A stretch of 64,000 nucleotides of DNA from an uncultured Gammaproteobacteria bacterium (GTDB lineage Bacteria; Patescibacteriota; Patescibacteriia; SBBC01; CAIJZX01), in the NCBI GenBank assembly GCA_964518425.1, contig CAZFGG010000004.1:5701-69700 (forward strand). The letters run 5' to 3'. Below, one piece after another: positions 19,089 through 30,230 of the stretch (position 1 is its first letter; every line of letters starts with the position of its first letter). The position numbers and the translations under genes were made by a program. The notes beneath the pieces were generated by a model. That model searched no databases, had not been told where the DNA came from, and saw only the letters and a program-made list of their open reading frames with translations.

Positions 19089-20844
19089 ACAAATGCTCGC
19101 GCAGCAGCTTCGTCTTTTTTTGACCGACGATGTTTTCTAGGTCGAGGTCATCGGCCTGACGAATGGCCTCAACACTTCCAAACTCCCGTAAGAGTTTCTG
19201 CTTTGCTTCCGGCCCGAGACCGGGGATGTCATCCAAGATGGATCGCGTCGTTTCCCGGCGGTGGACTTTTCGGTAGTAGCCGATCGCAAACCGGTGGGCT
19301 TCGTCGCGGATGTGCTGGATCAAGAACAACTCCTGTGAACCTTCTGGGAGGCGAAGAGGAGAGGATCGACCGGGGATAAACAACTCCTCATGTTCTTTTG
19401 CTAACGCAGCTAACCGAACATGTTGAGCCAAGCCCGGAACATTCTTCATCACCACTGACAACTGGGGCTTCCCACCATCGAGGATGAGCAGGTCGGGCAT
19501 CGGCCAACCCGATTCATCATGCCGGGCAAACCGTCGGCGAACAATTTCAGCTAAACGCCGCATGTCGTCGGGAAGAGCAATATCCTTAATGGCAAACTTG
19601 CGATAATCACTTTTTTTCGGCAGGCCGTTTTCGAAGACGACCATTGACCCGACGGCATGCTTTCCTTGAAAATTAGAAATATCATACAATTCAATCCGTT
19701 TCGGTGGGCCAGAAAGATTCAGCGCATGAGCGAGCTCGTCTAAAGCCAATCGGGCTTTCGCTTCAGCTGATAACCAATTCATCTGTTCCCGCTGCAGATA
19801 ATCTTCAGCATTTTCCGTTGACATGGCCAGCAGTTTTCTTTTCAGTCCGCGGCTGGCGCGATGGAAGGACAACTGTAAAGCGTTGCCCACGGCCAAAGGA
19901 AGATCGACGGGCGTGATGACCACGTGGGGGTGGGTCGTGGACTGAGTGTAATACTGCTGCGCAAACGAACGGATCACCTCCTGGTCCAGTTGTCCTTTGA
20001 CGTGTTGGAGCATGAAATGGTCGCGCTGGATGAGTTTGCCTTGACGGATTTGGAATAAATTCACGGCGGCGATATCATCCAGCCGAGCCAGACCAATCAC
20101 ATCGAACGAATCGCGGCGCGGGGTGACAACGGTTTGTTGCTCAATGACATGCTCAAGCGCCATCAGTCGATCTCGGAGCAGGGCAGCCGTTTCGAAATCC
20201 CGCGTAGCGGCCGCTTGCTGCATGTCGGCCCGCAATTGTTTCAGCACCTGGCCAACCTTTCCTTCGAGGAAATTGATTAACCGTTCAACAACCTGGTGAT
20301 AGCGCTCGACGCTTCCCGGTCCGGTATCATGGCCCAGGCAGCGGCCAAGATGGGCATCAAAGCACGGTACCTCTGGTTTATTCTTACAACTTTTATAAGG
20401 AAATAAGCGCTTGAGTAGTCGCATTGTTCGGCGAACAGCTAGCCCCGACGTGTACGGTCCGAAATAGCGGCTGCCGTCCATCGTGATCCGGCGGACGGTA
20501 CTGACCTGTGGAAAGCGATCGCGCAAAGCAATCTTAATGTACTGAAAATATTTATCGTCTTTCAGGATGACATTGTATTTGGGGCGGTATTTTTTTATCA
20601 GCGTTGACTCAAGGAGAAGTGCTTCCGTTTCCGAGCGAACAAGAATGTGCTCAATGCGATGAATCTCACCGATCATGATCTGCTTGGCCGGTGATAAATC
20701 CGCCGATGGGCGGAAATATGACGAGACACGCGAACGGAGGTTATTTGCTTTCCCAACATAAATAACCGTCCCGTCCGTGTCGTGATAGAGGTAGACGCCG
20801 TATTTCTTCGGCAGAGCTTGGGCCAAGGTGAGAAGGCTCGACAT
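19087..20844 (-). CDS. uvrC: Excinuclease ABC subunit C
   Basis: GVY..IYVGKA.NLR.RV.SYF, RIELYDIS, PDLLILDGG, IRDEAHRFA, HhH tail. Confidence 0.97.
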   Translation of the reverse strand: MSSLLTLAQALPKKYGVYLYHDTDGTVIYVGKANNLRSRVSSYFRPSADLSPAKQIMIGEIHRIEHILVRSETEALLLESTLIKKYRPKYNVILKDDKYFQYIKIALRDRFPQVSTVRRITMDGSRYFGPYTSGLAVRRTMRLLKRLFPYKSCKNKPEVPCFDAHLGRCLGHDTGPGSVERYHQVVERLINFLEGKVGQVLKQLRADMQQAAATRDFETAALLRDRLMALEHVIEQQTVVTPRRDSFDVIGLARLDDIAAVNLFQIRQGKLIQRDHFMLQHVKGQLDQEVIRSFAQQYYTQSTTHPHVVITPVDLPLAVGNALQLSFHRASRGLKRKLLAMSTENAEDYLQREQMNWLSAEAKARLALDELAHALNLSGPPKRIELYDISNFQGKHAVGSMVVFENGLPKKSDYRKFAIKDIALPDDMRRLAEIVRRRFARHDESGWPMPDLLILDGGKPQLSVVMKNVPGLAQHVRLAALAKEHEELFIPGRSSPLRLPEGSQELFLIQHIRDEAHRFAIGYYRKVHRRETTRSILDDIPGLGPEAKQKLLREFGSVEAIRQADDLDLENIVGQKKTKLLREHL

Positions 20845-20911
20845 AGGGCCAGTATAGCATGGTGGTCAAACAAGTTTTGCCTAATGTTAGCCGAGATACT
20901 ATCAGCCGGGC

Positions 20912-20940
20912 TTGACTTTTTCGTCATTTTCGACTACGCT
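20912..20940 (+). promoter_or_regulatory. sigma70-type promoter
   Basis: TTGACT-17 nt-TACGCT. Confidence 0.55.
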
Positions 20941-21035
20941 ACGTCGTTCTTCTCCCGCACTTTATTCTTGGATGACAGCGAGCTCTGCTCTTGGCCATAG
21001 GCAAACGATTCACCACCCCATCAAGGAGGACAAAG

Positions 21036-21563
21036 GTGAGCAAGCGCCTCAAGCAGGTTCTGGTTCGGCTCAATGGAATTTCGGCACCCGACAACATGGG
21101 TGTCGAGATCATCGATCGCGATGACGAACGGCTTCGGCAACAACGCGCAGAGGGTCAGCTCCTACCTGGACAGAAGGTCTTCCAGACCAATCTGGAAGTC
21201 GACAGGCCTTGGCGCATGGGCGGCGTGTTCGGCGACATCCAGCAGGTCGGCTTCTTCATCAGCAATGTCAGTCAGGAAATGCGTGGTGGACAGAAGTCGG
21301 GAAAGAAAACGCCTGTCCTGACACTCTCTTTCGAGCCTGGTGACCAACATCGCTACGCTCCCGGTTTCCTGGCCTGGATGACGCAGTACTTCCAGACAAA
21401 CTCGTTCGAGCTGGCCATGATGCATCGCAACCCGCTGGTTGGTGGGGGGCAGCAACTGGTCATCGACGTCTGCCGGGTCGTGCCTGTCGGGTTCGGGCAG
21501 AAGTTCCTGCCGCTGCGACCTCAGCTGGGAATTCCAAGTCCCAAGCACGCCAGCTCCGTCTAG
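21036..21563 (+). CDS. Orphan hypothetical protein (cassette) between uvrC and uvrA
   Basis: AAGGAGG SD before GTG 21036; terminator 21580-21611. Confidence 0.65.
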   Translation: MSKRLKQVLVRLNGISAPDNMGVEIIDRDDERLRQQRAEGQLLPGQKVFQTNLEVDRPWRMGGVFGDIQQVGFFISNVSQEMRGGQKSGKKTPVLTLSFEPGDQHRYAPGFLAWMTQYFQTNSFELAMMHRNPLVGGGQQLVIDVCRVVPVGFGQKFLPLRPQLGIPSPKHASSV

Positions 21564-21579
21564 CTGCATCCTTTTCCTC

Positions 21580-21611
21580 GCCCCGTCGCGCAACTAGCGA
21601 CGGGGCTTTTT
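21580..21611 (+). terminator. Intrinsic terminator
   Basis: GCCCCGTCGC-gcaacta-GCGACGGGGC-TTTTT. Confidence 0.75.
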
Positions 21612-21688
21612 CTTCAGCAAGGCTTCTGACTTGACCCCTCTTGACAGCGGGTGTATACTCTCGCCAGCTTTTTGTCCTCTTTTTTACG

Positions 21689-24637
21689 ATGCCTTCTTCT
21701 AAGCCGACCAAGCGGTCAGTCCTCCGTCCCGATCACACCGCCATTCGGGTTCGTGGCGCTCGGGTTCACAACCTGAAGAATATTGACGTCGATATTCCGC
21801 GTGACGCGCTGGTTGTTTTAACCGGCTTGTCGGGCTCAGGAAAATCATCGCTGGCGTTTGATACCATCTACGCTGAGGGACAACGGCGTTATGTTGAATC
21901 CCTGTCGGCCTACGCTCGGCAGTTTTTAGGCTTAATGGATAAGCCAGACGTGGATCAAATTGATGGTTTATCACCGGCCATTTCGATTGACCAAAAAACG
22001 ACCTCCCACAATCCTCGCTCAACCGTCGGCACGGTCACGGAAATTTACGATTACTTACGCTTGCTCTTCGCCCGGGTCGGTTTGCCGCATTGTCCAATCT
22101 GCGGTCGACCGGTGACGAAGCAGACGATTGAACAAATCGTTGATCAAGTTCTAGCCTGGCCGAAGAACACGAAGATCATGATTTTAGCGCCGGTCATTCG
22201 CGATCAAAAAGGCGAACACAAGCACGTGATGACGGACGTTCGGAAGGCGGGTTTCGTCCGACTCCGGATCGATGGACGAGTCTACTCGCTCGATGAAGCT
22301 GAAGATCTCAATATCGATAAACAGAAGAAGCACCGGATTGAGGTCGTCGTTGACCGGCTCACGCTTGGCCAGGATGACCAGGAGAAGAATAGCGAGAACA
22401 AAACGCGACTCTACGATTCTTTGGAAACCGCTTTAGATCTCGGCGACGGCTTGGTCGTTGTCCAGCGACTCGATAATGACGAAGATGTTCTGTTCAGCGA
22501 ACACTTTGCCTGCGCCTATGACAACCTCTCGCTGCCGCCGATTGAACCTCGGACCTTTTCCTTCAACAATCCTCACGGTGCCTGCCCTGACTGCACGGGC
22601 CTGGGCACGAAACTCGAAGTTGATCCGGAGCTGGTTATTCCCAATAAGCGCTTAAGCCTGGCTGAAGGGGCCATCCGCCCATGGTCGCGGACAAGCGCTA
22701 ACCAGGCCTGGTACAACCGCGTTCTAGAAGCGGTCGCCAAGGAGCATGGTTTTTCCACACGCGTTCCGGTCGACAAATTGACCAAGAAACAGCTCGATAT
22801 TATCTTCCACGGTTCTGGAGACGACGTTTTCGACGTCAATAAGTCCTATGCCGGGCAGGGCGGACGCGAATTGAGTACAACCTTTGAAGGTGTCCTGCCG
22901 AATCTCATGCGCCGGTATAAAGAAACTGATTCCGAATACATGCGGGCGGAAATCGAGCGCTACATGCGGACGTTTCCTTGCCCAACCTGTCACGGGAAAC
23001 GCTTGAAGCCGGAAGCCTTGGCCGTCACGGTCAGCGATAAAAACATTGCCGACACGACCAGCCTGAACATCGCTCACGCCAAGAACTTTTTTGATGCCCT
23101 GACGGGTGACGGTCCGGCCAAGGACATCAAAAAACTTAGCCCCCGGGACCTGACGATCGCCCACCAAATTCTGAAAGAAATCCGGGCCCGCCTGACCTTC
23201 TTACAGAATGTTGGTTTAGATTATTTGACGCTTGATCGCGCCGCTTCAACGTTAGCTGGTGGCGAGGCTCAGCGGATTCGCTTGGCGACCCAAATCGGTT
23301 CGTCACTCGTCGGCGTGATTTACATTCTCGATGAGCCGTCAATCGGATTACATCAGCGAGACAATGATAAATTAATTGAAACACTTATCAGGTTGCGTGA
23401 TCTCGGCAACACGGTTTTGGTTGTCGAACACGACGAAGCGACCATGCTCGCGGCCGACTACCTGATTGATATTGGTCCTGGCGCTGGTGACCACGGTGGA
23501 CAAGTTGTTTCCCAAGGCAAGCCATCCGAAGTTATGGCCGACCCGAAATCCTTAACTGGCCAATACCTCTCCGGGAAAAAAACTATTGATCCGCCGTCCA
23601 CCTATCGGCGCGGGAATGGCAAGTCGATCAGTATCCTCGGCGCAGCCGAATTCAACCTGCGCTCGATTGATGTTACCTTGCCGCTCGGAAAATTCGTCTG
23701 TATTACCGGTGTTTCCGGCAGCGGTAAATCAACCCTGATGACCGATATTCTGGCCCGGGCACTGAACCAGTATTTTTACAACGCCAAAGACCTGCCAGGC
23801 AAGCATAAAGCTATCAAAGGCCTCGAACATCTCGATAAGGTTGTGGATATTGACCAGAGTCCGATTGGCCGGACCCCCCGTTCAAACCCGGCGACGTACA
23901 CGGGCGTTTTCACCCAAATCCGCGATATCTTCACTCAGGTTCCGGAAGCAAAGATGCGCGGCTATGGACCTGGCCGATTCTCCTTCAACGTCAAAGGCGG
24001 CCGCTGTGAAGCGTGCGAAGGGGACGGCGTGGTGCGGATTGAAATGCAATTCTTGCCGGATGTCTATGTCGAATGTGAAGAGTGCCATGGCCAACGGTAC
24101 AACCAGCAAGCCTTAGATATCCACTACAAAGGCAAGAACATCGCCCAAATTTTGAACATGACGGTTGAAGAGGCCTTGGCTTTCTTCGAACATATTCCGG
24201 CGATTCACCAAAAGTTAAAAACATTATCCGATGTTGGCCTAGGCTACGTTCACCTTGGCCAATCAGCCACGACGTTGTCTGGCGGTGAAGCCCAGCGCGT
24301 GAAGTTAGCGACCGAGCTGTCCCGCCGCGCCACCGGCCGGACACTGTATATTCTCGATGAACCAACCACCGGTCTCCATGTCGATGACGTCAAGCGCTTG
24401 CTCGGCGTGATTAACCAATTGGTCGACAAGGGCAATACCGTCCTCGTCATTGAACACAATCTTGATGTTATCAAGTCGGCTGATTGGATTGTTGACCTCG
24501 GACCAGAAGGGGGAGACGGTGGTGGGCACATTGTGGCCGAGGGAACGCCCCGTGAGATTGCTCAAGTCAAGGGTAGCCATACTGGGAAATACTTAGCCGA
24601 AATCTTGAGCAAGAAAAAAAACCGCTCCAGCGTGTAA
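21689..24637 (+). CDS. uvrA: Excinuclease ABC subunit A
   Basis: Two Walker A motifs ([16 protein letters not shown]), zinc fingers, LSGGEAQR. Start ATG 21689. Confidence 0.98.
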   Translation: MPSSKPTKRSVLRPDHTAIRVRGARVHNLKNIDVDIPRDALVVLTGLSGSGKSSLAFDTIYAEGQRRYVESLSAYARQFLGLMDKPDVDQIDGLSPAISIDQKTTSHNPRSTVGTVTEIYDYLRLLFARVGLPHCPICGRPVTKQTIEQIVDQVLAWPKNTKIMILAPVIRDQKGEHKHVMTDVRKAGFVRLRIDGRVYSLDEAEDLNIDKQKKHRIEVVVDRLTLGQDDQEKNSENKTRLYDSLETALDLGDGLVVVQRLDNDEDVLFSEHFACAYDNLSLPPIEPRTFSFNNPHGACPDCTGLGTKLEVDPELVIPNKRLSLAEGAIRPWSRTSANQAWYNRVLEAVAKEHGFSTRVPVDKLTKKQLDIIFHGSGDDVFDVNKSYAGQGGRELSTTFEGVLPNLMRRYKETDSEYMRAEIERYMRTFPCPTCHGKRLKPEALAVTVSDKNIADTTSLNIAHAKNFFDALTGDGPAKDIKKLSPRDLTIAHQILKEIRARLTFLQNVGLDYLTLDRAASTLAGGEAQRIRLATQIGSSLVGVIYILDEPSIGLHQRDNDKLIETLIRLRDLGNTVLVVEHDEATMLAADYLIDIGPGAGDHGGQVVSQGKPSEVMADPKSLTGQYLSGKKTIDPPSTYRRGNGKSISILGAAEFNLRSIDVTLPLGKFVCITGVSGSGKSTLMTDILARALNQYFYNAKDLPGKHKAIKGLEHLDKVVDIDQSPIGRTPRSNPATYTGVFTQIRDIFTQVPEAKMRGYGPGRFSFNVKGGRCEACEGDGVVRIEMQFLPDVYVECEECHGQRYNQQALDIHYKGKNIAQILNMTVEEALAFFEHIPAIHQKLKTLSDVGLGYVHLGQSATTLSGGEAQRVKLATELSRRATGRTLYILDEPTTGLHVDDVKRLLGVINQLVDKGNTVLVIEHNLDVIKSADWIVDLGPEGGDGGGHIVAEGTPREIAQVKGSHTGKYLAEILSKKKNRSSV

Positions 24638-24648
24638 CACTAGAGCGG
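24614..24648 (-). terminator. Terminator for csrA, overlapping the uvrA 3' end
   Basis: Minus strand CCGCTCTAG-tgttacacg-CTGGAGCGG-TTTTTTTT. Confidence 0.6.
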
Positions 24649-24702
24649 GTAGAACAGGTAGAACAGAGGCGGTCGGGTTATCGACCAGATAAGGTGCAGC
24701 TG

Positions 24703-24957
24703 CTACTTCCCATTCCCGTCTTTCTTCTTGGCGTCCTGATTGGACGAGTCAGGGAGTGTTCCCGCTTCCGGCTTCCAGCGCTGGGCTCGCTGGCTCTCTT
24801 CCTGAATCCTGGTGTAGATCTCTTCACGGTGGACCTTGACCTCGGGCGGAGCCTCGATGCCAAGTTTGACTTGGCCCGAGCGAACTTCGAGGACAGTGAT
24901 TTTTACGTCATCACCGATCCTGATGTTCTCGCCCAGCTTCCGTGTGAGCACGAGCAC
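24703..24957 (-). CDS. csrA: Carbon storage regulator CsrA
   Basis: [48 protein letters not shown]; GTG start after AAGGAGG. Confidence 0.95.
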   Translation of the reverse strand: MLVLTRKLGENIRIGDDVKITVLEVRSGQVKLGIEAPPEVKVHREEIYTRIQEESQRAQRWKPEAGTLPDSSNQDAKKKDGNGK

Positions 24958-25074
24958 GTAGTGCCTCCTTGTAGTACCCCGGATGGGGTATGATGAAAGA
25001 GCTAGGGTGGTATACTTGCCCCAGTCCTGAGGTACTGCAGTGAACGCCTCGGACCCTATCATAATCGCTGATTC

Positions 25075-26025
25075 ATGTCAAACCTGAGCCCCCTACAGAC
25101 TGCAATCCTTCGCACTTTAGCCTATTTTGACATCTTTGATTTTCCGCTGACCGAGGAGGAAATTTGGCGCTGGATTTACCCTCAGCAGCCAAAGAGTACC
25201 ATCACGGCCGAAGATGTTTCGGCCGCCCTTCAAGCTGGTCCGCTGGATACGATGATTGAACGGCAAGGAAAGTTTATCGTTGTGAAGGGTCGAAGTGTCA
25301 TTGTCCAAACTCGAGCTGAACGGAAGGTACGGAATGAAAAAAAATGGCGGCGCGCCCTGACCGTAGCGCGTTACGTTGAAATGGTGCCATTTATTAAGAT
25401 GGTGGCGGTGGTCAACACCTTAGCCATTGATAATGCGCGGCCAGAGAGTGACATTGATCTCCTGATCGTGATCGCTCCTGGTCACATCTGGCTAACGCGG
25501 ATGATCGTCACCGGGATCGTGGCCCTGCTTGGATACCGCCGACACGGTACCAACATTACCGACCGCGTCTGTTTAAGTTTCTACATGACGACATCCGAGC
25601 TCGATCTTGAATCGCTGAAACGGGAAGATGACGATCCACACTTTGCGTTCTGGGCCAGCGAGGCTGTGCCATTACTTGATGATGGAACCTATACGAAATT
25701 CGTCCAGGCGAATGCTTGGGTGAACAAGATGTTGCCAAATGCCTGGTCGTGGGATTGGCGACAACGCCTCATTAAGCCAAACAGCGGTCTCCAATCGATC
25801 AAAAATTTCTTTGAAATATTTTTTCAGTCGCCGATTGGCTTGAGCTTGGAAGTCTGGGCCCGGAATTACCAAATGAAGCGGATGGATAAAAACACGACCA
25901 GCCGGTCGAGTGAACCAACGACGGACGTGATTATTTCGGAGGATGTGTTGAAATTCCACGAAGCTGATCGGCGCTTAGTATACCGTCAAAAGTTCTACGA
26001 TCGACTACGATCGCTTGGATTATGA
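25075..26025 (+). CDS. Nucleotidyltransferase-fold protein with N-terminal helical domain
   Basis: [15 protein letters not shown]; [16 protein letters not shown] (Pol-beta-like DxD). Confidence 0.7.
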   Translation: MSNLSPLQTAILRTLAYFDIFDFPLTEEEIWRWIYPQQPKSTITAEDVSAALQAGPLDTMIERQGKFIVVKGRSVIVQTRAERKVRNEKKWRRALTVARYVEMVPFIKMVAVVNTLAIDNARPESDIDLLIVIAPGHIWLTRMIVTGIVALLGYRRHGTNITDRVCLSFYMTTSELDLESLKREDDDPHFAFWASEAVPLLDDGTYTKFVQANAWVNKMLPNAWSWDWRQRLIKPNSGLQSIKNFFEIFFQSPIGLSLEVWARNYQMKRMDKNTTSRSSEPTTDVIISEDVLKFHEADRRLVYRQKFYDRLRSLGL

Positions 26026-27635
26026 CCACTCGTCGAAATATTGCTTGGGTCGTTATTGTCATAACGATCATTTCGACCCTCGTCCTGTTTTTGCGTTTGC
26101 CGCGTACGCCGCTGACGAATTGGGATGAGGGAATTTATGCCGGGGTAACACAAACCATCCACGCCGGGGGATCATGGTGGTTGCCGACGTATCACGGCCA
26201 ATTATTTTTGGAAAAACCACCACTGACGTTCTGGCTGATGAACTTATCATTCGATGTGTTTGGCGTCAATGAGTTGGGCGTGCGGTTCTGGTCCGCACTG
26301 GCTGGAATAGCTACGGCGCTTCTGATCACGGTATGGACATGGCAGGCTACCCCCCCGAACCCCCCCTTATCCAAGGGGGGGAACCACAGGGCCTGGCTAG
26401 CGTTGTTGGCTGGACTTCTTTTTGTCAGCGGTCGGTTCATGTTTTTTCATGCTTTTCGGACCGGCGACACGGACGCGTTGTTGGTGTTCTTTGTGACCGC
26501 CACGCTCTACGCCTATTGGCGGACGAAAGATGACCAACGCTGGTGGTGGGCGGTGGGAATTTTCACTGGCTTGGCTATCATGACGAAATCATTTGTCGGA
26601 CTGTTGCCCCAGTTGATCATCGACCTTGATCTCCTGGTCAGTCGGGGATACCGGCACACTTCCTGGCGCCGGGCGATGCAAGGCCTGGGGCTCTTACTTC
26701 TTGTGGCGGCACCATGGCACATCGTGGTCGGACTGACGCATGGCCGGGAACTCTGGCATCAAGCGGTTGGCTTTAACCTGGTTGAACGCAGCTCAGCGAT
26801 TATCGCCAGCGCCAACGTTCCGGGGTACTGGTATGGCAAGGTATTCTTGGATTTTTTCTTTCCCGCGTCGTTTTTCATCGCCTGGGCAGTCTTGGTTGCT
26901 CTCAACCAGCGAAAGGAACCACTCAACAGACTTCTGTTGATCTGGGCTGGAGTGACAATCATTCTCTTTTCCCTAGCTCGCACGAAATACGATCACTACA
27001 TCCAACCCCTCTATCCGGCAGCCAGCTTGCTGATTGCCCTAGCCTTCATCCATGGTCTGGCCGAGCAACCGCGGCGATGGTTGTGGGTGGTGTTTGAACT
27101 CAGTACGGCGTGGATGATCGCCGCCATGCCCGCCCACTTAGCTCATTCGGGGTTGCTCTGGAACCTCACGCCGTATGGATTCTTACCGGTCGCCTGGGCG
27201 ACTCATGCAATGTTCCGGTGGTTAGTCGCGCTCATCGCGGCTTTGATTGTCGTGACTATCGCTCGAGTTCTTCAACCCCGGTTAGCACCGTTGATCGTTG
27301 GTGCGGCGATGGCGGCATATGTCGTTATTCTCAGCTTTGGCTGGCAGTATTCATATCTGAAACATCTGCCGACAACATCAAACGCGAAAGCGATTGCGGC
27401 CCAGGTCATATCTATCCACCCCCAAGATATTCGGGTAATCGATATTTCACATTTGTCAGAACCGGCGTTGTATTTTTACTTGGCCCGGATCGGCGTGCCG
27501 ATCACGGAAGCAACATCAGCCGCCCGATTTGAGGGTTCAACAATTATCACCACGATAACTTTATCGCCTACCCTCCAACATCAGGGCTATCATCAGGTCT
27601 TCCACCAGGGGCCATACGTGGCGTTGAGACAGTAA
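26022..27635 (+). CDS. ArnT/PMT-like GT-C membrane glycosyltransferase
   Basis: WDEGIYA, LEKPPL.FW, many TM helices. Confidence 0.85.
   Translation: MTTRRNIAWVVIVITIISTLVLFLRLPRTPLTNWDEGIYAGVTQTIHAGGSWWLPTYHGQLFLEKPPLTFWLMNLSFDVFGVNELGVRFWSALAGIATALLITVWTWQATPPNPPLSKGGNHRAWLALLAGLLFVSGRFMFFHAFRTGDTDALLVFFVTATLYAYWRTKDDQRWWWAVGIFTGLAIMTKSFVGLLPQLIIDLDLLVSRGYRHTSWRRAMQGLGLLLLVAAPWHIVVGLTHGRELWHQAVGFNLVERSSAIIASANVPGYWYGKVFLDFFFPASFFIAWAVLVALNQRKEPLNRLLLIWAGVTIILFSLARTKYDHYIQPLYPAASLLIALAFIHGLAEQPRRWLWVVFELSTAWMIAAMPAHLAHSGLLWNLTPYGFLPVAWATHAMFRWLVALIAALIVVTIARVLQPRLAPLIVGAAMAAYVVILSFGWQYSYLKHLPTTSNAKAIAAQVISIHPQDIRVIDISHLSEPALYFYLARIGVPITEATSAARFEGSTIITTITLSPTLQHQGYHQVFHQGPYVALRQ
26350..26383 (+). 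repeat. In-frame G/C-run palindromic element (encodes PPNPPLSKGG)
   Basis: CCCCCCCTT-ATCC-AAGGGGGGG hairpin preceded by CCCCCCCGAA, inside the GT gene. Confidence 0.55.
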
Positions 27636-27655
27636 GAAAAGGCGCTCTTGACCGA

Positions 27656-27682
27656 TTGGCAGTCTCACTGGTAGACTGCTAA
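27656..27682 (+). promoter_or_regulatory. CIRCE element (HrcA operator) overlapping the groESL promoter
   Basis: TTGGCAGTC-N9-GACTGCTAA versus consensus TTAGCACTC-N9-GAGTGCTAA. Confidence 0.8.
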
Positions 27683-27746
27683 TTGCCTGAGTTTTTCGAG
27701 ATTCTGGCCAATTCGATATCAATCATTCACTAAGCACAGCAGACGT

Positions 27747-28037
27747 ATGGTCAAACTGAAACCGATGCGGGGCAAGGCCCTGATTAAGCCGGTCAAGGAA
27801 GAGAAAATGACGAAGTCGGGCATCGTTCTCCCGGACACGGTCGAGAAAGAAGAGTTAGAACAAGGCGAGATTATCGCTGTGGGCGACCCGAAGATGGAAG
27901 AAGGAAAAGAAGTGCCGATGCAAGTCAAGGTCGGCGACCGGGTCATTTTAAAAAAGTACGGACCGGACAAGGTCAAAATCGACGGCGAAGAGTACATGAT
28001 TGCCGACGAGGATGACTTGGTCGGGAAGTTGATGTAA
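27747..28037 (+). CDS. groES: Co-chaperonin GroES
   Basis: LKP..., TKSGIVLPDT, GEIIAVG, VKVGDRV..KKYG. Confidence 0.96.
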   Translation: MVKLKPMRGKALIKPVKEEKMTKSGIVLPDTVEKEELEQGEIIAVGDPKMEEGKEVPMQVKVGDRVILKKYGPDKVKIDGEEYMIADEDDLVGKLM

Positions 28038-28041
28038 TTGA

Positions 28042-29712
<1,671 letters not shown>

Positions 29713-29727
29713 ACGTCGATATTTTCT

Positions 29728-29760
29728 ACAGCGCGGCCCGGAAGGGCCGCGCTGTTTGTT
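29728..29760 (+). terminator. groESL terminator
   Basis: ACAGCGCGGCCC-ggaa-GGGCCGCGCTGT-TTGTT. Confidence 0.75.
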
Positions 29761-29805
29761 ATACGAGGGATTGATTTTTTCATAAAAATATGCTAGAATA
29801 TATTC

Positions 29806-30219
29806 ATGGCAGAATTGCCCGCACCGTTACCGAGTCGGGCGACGATCGGTCAGTGGAGCACTGACCAGTATTTTACCCTTCTCCGACGCCCAGTCATTAT
29901 CATGTCGGTGATTATCCTGGGCTTAGTTGTAACCGAGCAATCACAGACCCTGGTTCTTGTGGCTGAGCTGGCTGGAGCAGTCGGGGTGGCCTGGATAATC
30001 TCTCGTCATCGCGGTCGACGCATAGAAAGTATAACCTCGGGGGCGGCGATCGGATTAGCCATGGGCCTGGCGGCGAGTGTCGGTCGGTTTGTCCTTCACC
30101 CGACGGTGACCGATGTCTTCAGCGGCATATCCGAGACACTCATCACCGGTATCATCGTCAGCCTTCTAACGATCAGCGCGACTATTTTCTTTTCACTTCG
30201 ACGAACATCAACACCATAA
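29806..30219 (+). CDS. Small multi-pass membrane protein
   Basis: About four hydrophobic helices; ATG 6 nt after TAGAAT (leaderless). Confidence 0.7.
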   Translation: MAELPAPLPSRATIGQWSTDQYFTLLRRPVIIMSVIILGLVVTEQSQTLVLVAELAGAVGVAWIISRHRGRRIESITSGAAIGLAMGLAASVGRFVLHPTVTDVFSGISETLITGIIVSLLTISATIFFSLRRTSTP

Positions 30220-30230
30220 CCAACTTTCTC

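Noticed and set aside
24648-24665. Tandem GGTAGAACA x2 near uvrA as an SOS box
   Set aside because: It lies downstream of uvrA, has only two units and matches no LexA palindrome I can support.
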